Shown one piece after another: positions 55,591-64,000 of a stretch of DNA of 64,000 bases. The DNA is taken from assembly GCA_048938005.1 (NCBI GenBank), contig JBHLMQ010000009.1, forward strand, positions 41,271 to 105,270, written 5' to 3'. Both the position numbers and the translations under genes were made by a program. Within the stretch, counting starts at the first letter, position 1, and the number at the start of each line of letters is the position of its first letter. The notes beneath the pieces are model-generated. The model was not told the origin of the DNA. It worked only from the letters and a program-made list of their open reading frames with translations, and did no database searches. The DNA is from Promethearchaeota archaeon (GTDB taxonomy: Archaea; Asgardarchaeota; Lokiarchaeia; Sigyniarchaeales; SOKP01).

Positions 55591-57927
55591 GTATCTGCAA
55601 ATGAAGGATTTATCTCTCACCCACTAATTAAGCAAAATATTATATCTCGACGAGAATACCAGGAAAATATTTTTATTAATTGTTTAAATAGAAACTGTTT
55701 GGTTGTAATACCTACAGGTTTAGGCAAGACAATTATAGCTTTAATGCTTGCTGTACAAAGATTAACAGAAATTAAAGATTCAAAAGTAATTCTTTTAGCC
55801 CCAACTAAACCCTTAGTGGAACAACACTATAAATCATTTTTAAAGTTAACAAATCTTCCTGATAATTCACTTATATCTCTTACTGGGGCAATTGCTCCTG
55901 AAAAAAGGAAGAATCTATGGACTGATATTAAAGTTGCTTTTATGACTCCTCAAGTACTCCAAAATGACCTTATATCAGGGTTATACTCAATTAAAGACGT
56001 CTCATTAATAATTTTTGATGAATGTCATAGAGCAGTTGGAGATTATGCTTATTGTTATCTCGCGAAAAAATATATGGATATTGGTAATAACTCTCAAATT
56101 TTGGGTTTAACAGCAAGTCCAGGTTCAACGGAAGGCAAAATTAATGAGATTAAACAAAATTTATTTATTAACCATATAGAAATCAGGACGGATAAAGATA
56201 TTGATGTAAAACCTTACATCCATAAAGTAGACAATGAATGGATAAAAATTAAACTCCCAAGTGAATTTTTAGAAATCAAAAGAATTTTAGAAGAGAAATT
56301 AAGAGCTTGTTATAAATCTCTTAAATCAAATAATTTAATTGGGTCTTACGATATATATAAAATCACCAGAAAGGATCTATTAAAATTAAGCAATGTAATT
56401 AATCGAAGGATATCTACAGCAAGAGATAATGATGAAAAATTCCAGATGTTTAATGCGAAAAAGTTGACTGCTAATGCGATTAGATTATCTCACATGATGG
56501 AATTAATAGAAACTCAAGGAGTGAGTGCTCTAAGGGATTATTTTGAAAAAAATGAAGAGAAAATTAAGCAAAACACAGCAAACAAATCTTTAAAAGAATT
56601 GTTTGCAGATATTGATTTTAAAAGAGCTCGAAAATTAACATACAGTCTATATTCTAAAGGGTTAGTCCACCCCAAGATAGAAAGATTAAAGGAAATTTTA
56701 ACTAACCAAATTAATGAAAATCCTCATTCGAGAATTCTTGTTTTTTGTCATTTTCGGGATTCAGTTAATAATATCGTGAAACATTTTGAGGAAAATGATC
56801 TAATAAAAATCCATAAATTTGTTGGACAAGCAGCAAGGGGATCCGATAAGGGTTTAACTCAAAAAGAGCAAATTAAACTACTTAGTGAATTCAAAGAGGG
56901 CATTTATAATACTTTAGTGGGTACTAGTGTTGCAGAAGAAGGCTTAGATATTGAAGAGTGTGATTTAGTAGTATTTTATGATGTAGTTCCCAGTGCTATT
57001 CGTTCTATTCAACGTCGTGGTCGTACAGGGAGGAAAAGAGAGGGAAAAGTTTTAGTTTTAATGGCGGAAGGTACTAGAGATGAAGGTTATTATTGGGCTG
57101 AAAAAACTAAAGAAAAAAGCATGAAAACTAGTTTAGAAAAAATAAAGAATTCAGAATTTCAGTCCAATTTAGGTCAATCGAATCTTTTAAATTTCATAGC
57201 CCCTGAGAAAAATAAGGAGGTTGAATCAACAGAAAAAATCGGTAATGATTTAAGTACGGTTAAAAAAGTTGAAGATTCAGATGATATTGAAATCATTTGT
57301 GATAATCGTGAAACAGCATCCCCAGTTGTAAGAATTTTATCATTAATGGGGATTAACCTGAGATTAGAGCAATTATCAGTTGGGGATTATGTCATTTCAG
57401 AAAGAGTTGGTATTGAAAGAAAATCTGCTAAGGATTTTAATGATTCTATCATTGATGGAAGGTTATTTACCGAATTGAGCGAACTCGGGGAAAAATTTTC
57501 TAGACCACTTTTAATTCTGGAGGGAGATCCATTTCAAGACACAAATATTAGCGAAAATGCTCTCTATGGAGCAATAACTGCGATAATTCTTAATTTAGGC
57601 ATCTCGATCTATAAGACAGAAACTTCTATGGAGACGGCACAATTTTTATACCAATTAGCAAAAAAAGAACAATCAACTATAAAATCATCACTAAAGTTAA
57701 GATTTGACAAGGCTCCTATCGAGACTTCTCGTTTATTAGAGTTTTTAGTTGCAGGAATACCTGGTGTAAATACTCTTCGAGCAAAAAACTTATTGAAAGA
57801 ATTAAAGACATTACAAAATATTTTCTTGGCAGACATTCCAGATTTAACGAAAATCGAGAATATTGGAAAAAAAATTGCTCAAGAGATTTATAAAATCAGT
57901 AGATATAAATATAAAAATGACCATTAA
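55591..57927 (+). CDS. hef: Hef/FANCM-like SF2 helicase-ERCC4 nuclease
   Basis: PTGLGKT, DECH, GLTASPG, TSVAEEGLDI, QRRGRTGR, ERCC4 GDY...ERKS..DF, HhH C-terminus. The frame extends upstream of TTG 55699 to a stop at 55588-55590, so the start is uncertain. Confidence 0.92.
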   Translation, partial: VSANEGFISHPLIKQNIISRREYQENIFINCLNRNCLVVIPTGLGKTIIALMLAVQRLTEIKDSKVILLAPTKPLVEQHYKSFLKLTNLPDNSLISLTGAIAPEKRKNLWTDIKVAFMTPQVLQNDLISGLYSIKDVSLIIFDECHRAVGDYAYCYLAKKYMDIGNNSQILGLTASPGSTEGKINEIKQNLFINHIEIRTDKDIDVKPYIHKVDNEWIKIKLPSEFLEIKRILEEKLRACYKSLKSNNLIGSYDIYKITRKDLLKLSNVINRRISTARDNDEKFQMFNAKKLTANAIRLSHMMELIETQGVSALRDYFEKNEEKIKQNTANKSLKELFADIDFKRARKLTYSLYSKGLVHPKIERLKEILTNQINENPHSRILVFCHFRDSVNNIVKHFEENDLIKIHKFVGQAARGSDKGLTQKEQIKLLSEFKEGIYNTLVGTSVAEEGLDIEECDLVVFYDVVPSAIRSIQRRGRTGRKREGKVLVLMAEGTRDEGYYWAEKTKEKSMKTSLEKIKNSEFQSNLGQSNLLNFIAPEKNKEVESTEKIGNDLSTVKKVEDSDDIEIICDNRETASPVVRILSLMGINLRLEQLSVGDYVISERVGIERKSAKDFNDSIIDGRLFTELSELGEKFSRPLLILEGDPFQDTNISENALYGAITAIILNLGISIYKTETSMETAQFLYQLAKKEQSTIKSSLKLRFDKAPIETSRLLEFLVAGIPGVNTLRAKNLLKELKTLQNIFLADIPDLTKIENIGKKIAQEIYKISRYKYKNDH

Positions 57928-58050
57928 ATTCAGGTAATAATAAAATCTCTACTTTTTTAAAACAATAAAAAAGATTTTTAATATCTTCAATAATAATTTA
58001 TACAATTATTAACTTTTATTGAGTAAGGACACAAGTTCAAAAAAAGCATA

Positions 58051-58644
58051 GTGAAGAAGGATATGATAAAATTTAAAGTCGTTGTTGCTGGGGCCAAAAA
58101 TGTCGGAAAAACAAGCTTGATCCGAAGATATGCTACTGGTAAATTTGAAAAATCAACATTATCAACAATTGGTGTAGATTTTGAAACTAAAAAAGTAGTT
58201 GTCGATGATACAGAGATATTATTGAATATCTGGGATTTTGCAGGAGAAAAAAAGTTTCGCCTCCTATTTCCGTCCTACGTATCCGGCGCTTCAGGAGCTT
58301 TAATGTTATATGATGTTACAAATAAAGAATCTTTAAATGATCTTTATGATTGGATAAATGTGATCTCCTCTGTTCCGAATTCTCCTAAGACAAAAATATT
58401 AATTGAAGCAAAAGTTGATTTAAACCGAAAAGTAAAAAGGGAAGATGCTCTTAAATTATTTGAAAAGTATAAATTTCAAGGGGAAATGTTAAGTACTTCA
58501 GCAAAAACAGGTGAAAACGTTGAAAAGGCTTTTGAGATGCTAGGACGAGAAATCCTTAAAAAGTCTTTAAAGAAATGTCCTAATTGTGGAAAATTTTACC
58601 CCTTAGAATTAAAATTTTGTCAATATTGTGGCACAAAGACATGA
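58051..58644 (+). CDS. Rab-like small GTPase with C-terminal Zn ribbon
   Basis: GAKNVGKT, TIGVDF, WDFAGEK, EAKVD, TSAKTG, tail CPNCG...FCQYCG. Confidence 0.92.
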   Translation: MKKDMIKFKVVVAGAKNVGKTSLIRRYATGKFEKSTLSTIGVDFETKKVVVDDTEILLNIWDFAGEKKFRLLFPSYVSGASGALMLYDVTNKESLNDLYDWINVISSVPNSPKTKILIEAKVDLNRKVKREDALKLFEKYKFQGEMLSTSAKTGENVEKAFEMLGREILKKSLKKCPNCGKFYPLELKFCQYCGTKT

Positions 58645-58822
58645 CAAATATCTTTCTTTTTTAAAAGTTACATCGTTTTTTGCCTGTCTTTCTTTTCAAG
58701 ATCATAAAGTTGAGATTTATTGTTTAATCTAAATTTTGTAAAATAGCTATTATCAGAAAGAAAAATTTATTTACAACAGTATATAAGAAAAAATATATTA
58801 ACACCTACCAAGGTAATAAAAA

Positions 58823-59893
58823 TTGAACTATGAAATTAGCCAAGACATTCAAGAGATAATAAAAAGACTTAAAAAAGAGGATATCTCTTTTGATGACAAA
58901 ACAATTTTGGTAACTGGCGGAGCAGGTTTCCTAGGTTCATGGGTGTGTGATGTTTTAGTCGAACAGGGCACATACTGCATCTGTTTAGATAATTTATCCT
59001 CTGGGAAACCTGAAAATGTACTACATCTAATGGAAAAAGACAATTTTCGCTTTATCAACCATGATATATCTTATCCAATATATTTTGGGATGAGTTATCA
59101 CCCATTAGGTATTTGTGTGGGTGATATAAAACGAATTGATATTGTTATGCATATGGCAAGTAGAGCTTCTCCGTTTGAGTTTAGGGAGGAGCCAATTTCG
59201 ATTCTTAGGAGTAATACTTTAGGTACATTGAATTCTTTAGGGATTGCAAAATTCCATAATGCAATTTTCTTTTATACTAGCACTTCTGAAGTTTATGGAA
59301 ATCCCCCAAGAGAAGCGGTCCCGACACTAGAAAATTATTTTGGTCATGTGAATCCTGTTGGACCCAGGAGTTGTTATGATGAATCTAAAAGAGCAGGGGA
59401 AGCGTTTATTAAAGCTTATGAGCTTCAACATAAAATGAGAACGAAAATTGTAAGGATTTTCAATACTTCAGGACCTAGGATACGACATGGTCCTGCATTT
59501 GGCAGAGTTGTTCCTAATTTTATACATCAAGCTCTAAATGATGAAGATATAACTGTATTTGGAGATGGATCTCAAACTAGATCTTTTATTTACGTCGTGG
59601 ATGAGATTGAAGGTATACTTAAAATGGTTTATAAGGATGAAGCCAATGGTGAAGTTATTAATTTAGGAAATAATAAAGAATATACTATATTAGAACTAGC
59701 CCGTATTATAAAAGATTTAACTAATTCCAATTCAAAAATAGTTTTTAAGTCTTTACCGATTGATGATCCCGTATATAGATGCCCAGATATTACAAAAGCA
59801 AAAAGCATTTTAAATTGGGAGCCAACAACATCGTTGGAGGATGGCCTAAAAAAAACTATTGCTTGGTTTAAAGATAATGAACGAGATAACTAA
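58823..59893 (+). CDS. UDP-glucuronate decarboxylase-like extended SDR
   Basis: TGGAGFLGS, ASRASP, STSEVYG, VNPVGPRSCYDESKR, RIFNT.GPR, GDGSQTRSF. Confidence 0.88.
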   Translation: MNYEISQDIQEIIKRLKKEDISFDDKTILVTGGAGFLGSWVCDVLVEQGTYCICLDNLSSGKPENVLHLMEKDNFRFINHDISYPIYFGMSYHPLGICVGDIKRIDIVMHMASRASPFEFREEPISILRSNTLGTLNSLGIAKFHNAIFFYTSTSEVYGNPPREAVPTLENYFGHVNPVGPRSCYDESKRAGEAFIKAYELQHKMRTKIVRIFNTSGPRIRHGPAFGRVVPNFIHQALNDEDITVFGDGSQTRSFIYVVDEIEGILKMVYKDEANGEVINLGNNKEYTILELARIIKDLTNSNSKIVFKSLPIDDPVYRCPDITKAKSILNWEPTTSLEDGLKKTIAWFKDNERDN

Positions 59894-60398
59894 GAAAAAT
59901 GAAAAAAAAGAATTAAAAATTAGTAATAAAAATTTTGAGACTTTACTTAAAATTTGTCTAGTTATTGGTATTATTATTGTTTCAGGGTTTATTATTTACT
60001 ATATTTTAACACCTGAACCAGGTTATGTTAATTTTGGAATTTTAAATGAGAATCAGGAAGCGGGAAATTATCCTACTGAAGCATCTGTTAATGAGACAAT
60101 CTTTTTTTATGTAACTGTTGAAAATTATTTAGATCGAGATTTCACATTTCAGATACAAATTAAAAAAGGCAATAATAACACTATTTTGAGCCCATCAATA
60201 CCCTCAAATGGCACGCTTGATTTTATAATAGGTAATATTACCTTGAACAATAATGTTGATTGGATTTCACAAAAATTAAATGTTTCATTCTCAGAAGTAG
60301 GTCAAAATCAGATAATAATTACCGAATTCTGGCAAATAAAAAATGAAGTTGAAGAATTTTACGAAACATTATGGATGCGACTAAATATAACTAATTAA
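59877..60398 (+). CDS. DUF1616-like membrane-anchored protein
   Basis: Single TM, then F.ILNE...AGNYP, V.VEN and a terminal LWM.LN; ATG 59877 overlaps the upstream gene end. Confidence 0.65.
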   Translation: MNEITKKNEKKELKISNKNFETLLKICLVIGIIIVSGFIIYYILTPEPGYVNFGILNENQEAGNYPTEASVNETIFFYVTVENYLDRDFTFQIQIKKGNNNTILSPSIPSNGTLDFIIGNITLNNNVDWISQKLNVSFSEVGQNQIIITEFWQIKNEVEEFYETLWMRLNITN

Positions 60399-61768
60399 TT
60401 TGCTCCCCCAATTATATTTACAGATCTTATTCTTACATATGGTGCTTGAAATACACCATAAACTCTAAATTCTTCTGAAACTGCGTCGATTTTTTGAAAT
60501 AAATCTAGAAGATTGATACCAATCATCGTCTCGTTCAATGGATCCTTTATTTCGCCATTTTTAATCAAATTCCCATGCAATATTAAACCAGAAAAATCAC
60601 CAGTTGCAATATTTGGAGAATCGCCAGTATATTCTAGAATGATTCCCTTCTTAACGTTTTTTATCATCTCGTCCATTGTGATGTCCCCTGGTTTCATGAT
60701 GAAATTTGTAATCCCCACAGAGGGAATTGAGCTGTATGAATTTCGTGAAGCATTTCCAGTACTTTCAACTCCTTCTTTACCAGCAGTATAGCTATTATGC
60801 AATAAACCACTCTTAAGAAATTTTCCCTTTTCAAAGATCTTTTTATTTTTACATGGAACCCCTTCACCATCAAAAACTGAAGATCCTGCCATACCAGCAA
60901 TCAATCCATTATCTTCAATATCCAAATATTTTGATCCCAAAGTTTCGCCTCTTTTACCAACAAGAAAACTTCTTTTATACTGAAAAGTTTCTCCATTCAC
61001 AGCGGAGGCAATTGGACTTAATATTAAGTTTATTGTTCCTTTTGGAGTTAAAATAATTGGAACTTTCATATTTTTAACTTTTTTTCTATTTAAGTTTCTC
61101 TTAGCATCATCTAGAGCATTTTTTACTATTCTATCTGCATTCAAATTCTTTAAAAGCCTTTCAGTTTGCCATTCATAGCCAAATGAAGTATCTTTACTTA
61201 ATTTATCTTTTACAATAATATGTGAAGATAAAGAACAATTTGTCTCTTTATCTGAGATCTCTAATCCATTTGAATTGAAAATAAAAGTTTTTGAATAATT
61301 CGAAATAAAATTCGCAGATTGAGAAATGGCCATTTCGTCTTTTTCGCAGAATTTAACTAAATCTTTAATATATTCTAAAGAATCTTCTAATTGTAAGTTT
61401 TTTATGTCTTTATCATATAAATCGTTCACAACAGGGTAATTTTTATAGGAAAATGGTAGATTTTTAAAATCAGGATTGTGAGTTCCTACATTCATCATTT
61501 TAATGGCAGTATTGATAATGTATTCCATCGATTTTCTTTTTAATTTATTGGTAAAAGCGAAACCGAGAGAACCTTTTTCATTGATAGTTCTAATCGAAAC
61601 ACCATTATCTTCTCCAATTTCACTGTTTTTTAATGAATTTTCTTCAATTTCAATATTAATATATTTATTTTGCCCAAAGAAAATTTCTGCACATTTTATA
61701 TTTGAATTTTTTTTATTAATTAGACTTAAGCCAAATTTTGCTATGGCGAAAATATCTGGATTATCCAA
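60395..61768 (-). CDS. pmbA: TldE/PmbA family protein
   Basis: FDGEG, STGNASR, N.ATGDFS; no HExxxH; abuts tldD. Confidence 0.88.
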   Translation of the reverse strand: MDNPDIFAIAKFGLSLINKKNSNIKCAEIFFGQNKYINIEIEENSLKNSEIGEDNGVSIRTINEKGSLGFAFTNKLKRKSMEYIINTAIKMMNVGTHNPDFKNLPFSYKNYPVVNDLYDKDIKNLQLEDSLEYIKDLVKFCEKDEMAISQSANFISNYSKTFIFNSNGLEISDKETNCSLSSHIIVKDKLSKDTSFGYEWQTERLLKNLNADRIVKNALDDAKRNLNRKKVKNMKVPIILTPKGTINLILSPIASAVNGETFQYKRSFLVGKRGETLGSKYLDIEDNGLIAGMAGSSVFDGEGVPCKNKKIFEKGKFLKSGLLHNSYTAGKEGVESTGNASRNSYSSIPSVGITNFIMKPGDITMDEMIKNVKKGIILEYTGDSPNIATGDFSGLILHGNLIKNGEIKDPLNETMIGINLLDLFQKIDAVSEEFRVYGVFQAPYVRIRSVNIIGGAN

Positions 61769-63220
61769 TCAGTTTAAACCTCCTACAGTAATTTTTTCAA
61801 TTCGAATATAAGGACCCCCATCACACACTCTAATACTCTGCCCTCCCTTTACGCATGATCCATCTGAATAATTATATGTATTTTTATCTCCAATTGCCGT
61901 TATTTTATTAAGAACTTCAAGCGTCATACCAGAGAGTGAAACATCCCTCATTAAATGTTTTTTCTTTCCATTTTCGATTTGATAAGAGAGTTTACATTTG
62001 AATTGGAAGTTTCCAGTAGTAGGATCAGTGTAGCCATATTGGAAATCCTCACACAGAATTCCATTCTTTACTCCCTCAATCATCTCTTCAAGGCTCCAGT
62101 CTTTTGGTTCTAAATAAGTAAATCCCATCCTTACTTGAGGTCTTGAAGAACTTGAGGATGCTCTACCATGACCGTTTGGGAGTTCATCCATACGCGAAGA
62201 AGTCTCTAAACTATGTAAATAATTTTGAAAAATCCCATTTTCTACTATGACAGTTTTTTGCGAAGGAATCCCCTCGTCATCTACGAAATAACACCCAAAT
62301 AACTCATAAGGTAGGTTAAACTTTTGACTTTGATTCATTGTGGGATTATCAATAATATTAACGTCATCTACAGCAATTTCTTCACCTTTTCTTCCTTCTA
62401 ATATGCTTTCTTTATTTAACACATGGTCCGCTTCACAGGCATGTCCAAAAGCTTCATGAATAAATGTACCAGTTAATTTAGGATCCATGATGATTGTGAA
62501 TTTACCTCCAATTGGGGATCTTGCTTTCAGCAAATCCACTGCTTCTTTTGCTGTTTTTGAGCTTAAGTTTTTGGCTCTTATAGTTTCTGTAATCTCATAA
62601 CCACCAATTCCCGCTACTGAATTTACAGCTCTCTGAAGAATACTGTTTTCTTGAGCATATACTAAACTGTATAATCGTAAAAAAGATAAATCTTGAAAAA
62701 TATTGCTATCAAAAGAATTTAGGAATCGTATTTGAGTATGTCCATCTAGGTATAGGGTGTGAGTATTTTTTATTTTTGAAGAATATTCTGACGCTATTTT
62801 TTCATGGTCTATAACAAGTTTAATTTTTTCTTCAATATCAATATCTTCTAAATTCTTTTTACAAACAACCTTAAAATTCTGTATCAATGGATCTCTTTCA
62901 ATAATTTTAAACTTATTTTTACTCAGTGATTCTGAAAGTGTTGCCAATTTTATTGCTTTTTGAAATCCAGATTTAATAGATTCTCTGTTGAGATCTTTTA
63001 AGACACAAAAACCCCATCCCCCATTAATGAAAGTTCTGATTCCACACTCAATAATCTTGTAAGATGATATTTCCTTACTTCTTTGATCAGTAAAGTCTAA
63101 ATTTGTACCGTGGTTTACACCAGCTCTAATATCCCAATATTCTATTTTATTTTTGCTGATCTGATGTAATTCATCAATTAATTTCTCATCTATTTCTTTT
63201 AAATCATCCACAAATTCCAT
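61769..63220 (-). CDS. tldD: TldD family metalloprotease
   Basis: HEAFGHACEAD, DDEG, NGHGRA, RM..TY, C.KGGQ. Confidence 0.92.
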   Translation of the reverse strand: MEFVDDLKEIDEKLIDELHQISKNKIEYWDIRAGVNHGTNLDFTDQRSKEISSYKIIECGIRTFINGGWGFCVLKDLNRESIKSGFQKAIKLATLSESLSKNKFKIIERDPLIQNFKVVCKKNLEDIDIEEKIKLVIDHEKIASEYSSKIKNTHTLYLDGHTQIRFLNSFDSNIFQDLSFLRLYSLVYAQENSILQRAVNSVAGIGGYEITETIRAKNLSSKTAKEAVDLLKARSPIGGKFTIIMDPKLTGTFIHEAFGHACEADHVLNKESILEGRKGEEIAVDDVNIIDNPTMNQSQKFNLPYELFGCYFVDDEGIPSQKTVIVENGIFQNYLHSLETSSRMDELPNGHGRASSSSSRPQVRMGFTYLEPKDWSLEEMIEGVKNGILCEDFQYGYTDPTTGNFQFKCKLSYQIENGKKKHLMRDVSLSGMTLEVLNKITAIGDKNTYNYSDGSCVKGGQSIRVCDGGPYIRIEKITVGGLN

Positions 63221-63333
63221 ATATTTTGTTTTTCTATATTCTTATTCGATTATATTAATAAGATTTTATTGATTAACTGAATATCTTTAAGAAAATTGTA
63301 GAAAACTAGCTTAAATACCTTTGTTTTTTATTT

Positions 63334-63531
63334 TTAAATCTTATTTTTTAAATCTTTAACAATTGCAATCGCATCTTTGATAGCGCATATTTTAGAAAAT
63401 TTAGTAGAGTTTTTGAATAGGAAAGAGTGATTACACCTCCAGCACTTCTTCGATTTAATAATCTTTTTTGAGTAATACCATTCCCCACAGCTATAGCATC
63501 TAAAAAAAAAGAACTTTTGCTTATCATACAT
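63334..63531 (-). CDS. Small Zn-ribbon protein (DUF1922-like)
   Basis: FFRCYSCG..YY......KKCWRCN, then a short C-terminal helix. Confidence 0.7.
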   Translation of the reverse strand: MYDKQKFFFFRCYSCGEWYYSKKIIKSKKCWRCNHSFLFKNSTKFSKICAIKDAIAIVKDLKNKI

Positions 63532-63695
63532 GCCATTTATTATGATAATAATATAGCATTTAACTAATGTTAGCCATAAAATTTTCTAATTTTTATACTG
63601 GAATATTTTAAGATTAATATCTATAATAAAATAAGATATATTTTGGGAAGAATCATTATTTTAATTAAGATTAAATAAAAAAAAAGAGAAGAAAT

Positions 63696-64000
63696 ATGGT
63701 TCATAAATTTATTCATCCTGTAGAAACAAGATATCGAACTGAAATAGCCAATTATTTTACGGAAGAGAAAAAATTGGAAAATTGGATGAAAGTAGAGGCG
63801 GCATTAGCACAAGTCCATGCAGAAATAGGAAATATTCCACTAAACGAAGCTAATGAAATAACAAAAAAGTCAAATTTACGTTATGTTAAATTAGAAAGAG
63901 TAAAAGAAATTGATAATCAAATCCATCATGATTTAATGGCGATGGTTAAAGCTTTAGCAGAACAATGTGAAGGGGATGCAGGTAAATATGTTCATCTTGG
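63696..64000 (+). CDS. purB: Adenylosuccinate lyase, N-terminal part (3'-truncated; not in the ORF track)
   Basis: Manual translation MVHKFIHPVETRYRTEIANYFTEEKKLENWMKVEAALA...IHHDLMAMVKALAEQCEGDAGKYVHLG matches the PurB N-terminus. Confidence 0.92.
   Translation, partial: MVHKFIHPVETRYRTEIANYFTEEKKLENWMKVEAALAQVHAEIGNIPLNEANEITKKSNLRYVKLERVKEIDNQIHHDLMAMVKALAEQCEGDAGKYVHL

Noticed and set aside
60395-63220. TldD/PmbA as part of a RiPP cluster with the ATP-grasp ligase
   Set aside because: They are over 50 kb apart, there is no precursor peptide or YcaO nearby, and TldDE pairs are common archaeal housekeeping genes.
3893-63536. Many 60-112 aa antisense or alternate-frame ORFs in the track (e.g. 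6603..6926, 32410..32733, 42667..42981, 48598..48936, 61503..61811, 63348..63536)
   Set aside because: They are nested in well-supported genes and have no motifs; they are typical shadow ORFs.

Overview
This is a low-GC, gene-dense archaeal chromosome segment, very probably from an Asgard archaeon of the Lokiarchaeia. The assignment rests on a Lokiactin-type actin, two Rab-like GTPases, a gelsolin-like domain, a eukaryote-like PPP phosphatase and an SDS22-type LRR protein, alongside archaeal EF-1beta, Rpo6, Sm/Lsm, RIO2 and Hef. Housekeeping genes include aroC and purB (both partial), mutS/mutL, tldD/pmbA and an intron-containing tRNA-Val(CAC). Energy metabolism includes a porCDAB operon split by two tandem multi-PAS histidine kinases, and a ~12.7 kb hdrC-hdrB-frhB-like-(hdrA/mvhD)x2-flx-like operon. 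I saw no CRISPR array, rRNA, transposase or provirus. The best candidates for undescribed biology are: (1) a translationally coupled circularly permuted ATP-grasp ligase plus M14-type Zn-peptidase, a possible writer/eraser peptide-tagging pair; (2) a gelsolin domain fused to about four transmembrane helices; (3) the actin locus with its HEAT/LRR and uncharacterised neighbours; (4) a duplicated HdrA-MvhD module, split in one copy and fused in the other, with an MvhD-winged-helix fusion. All calls come from motif recognition by eye; no database searches were run.
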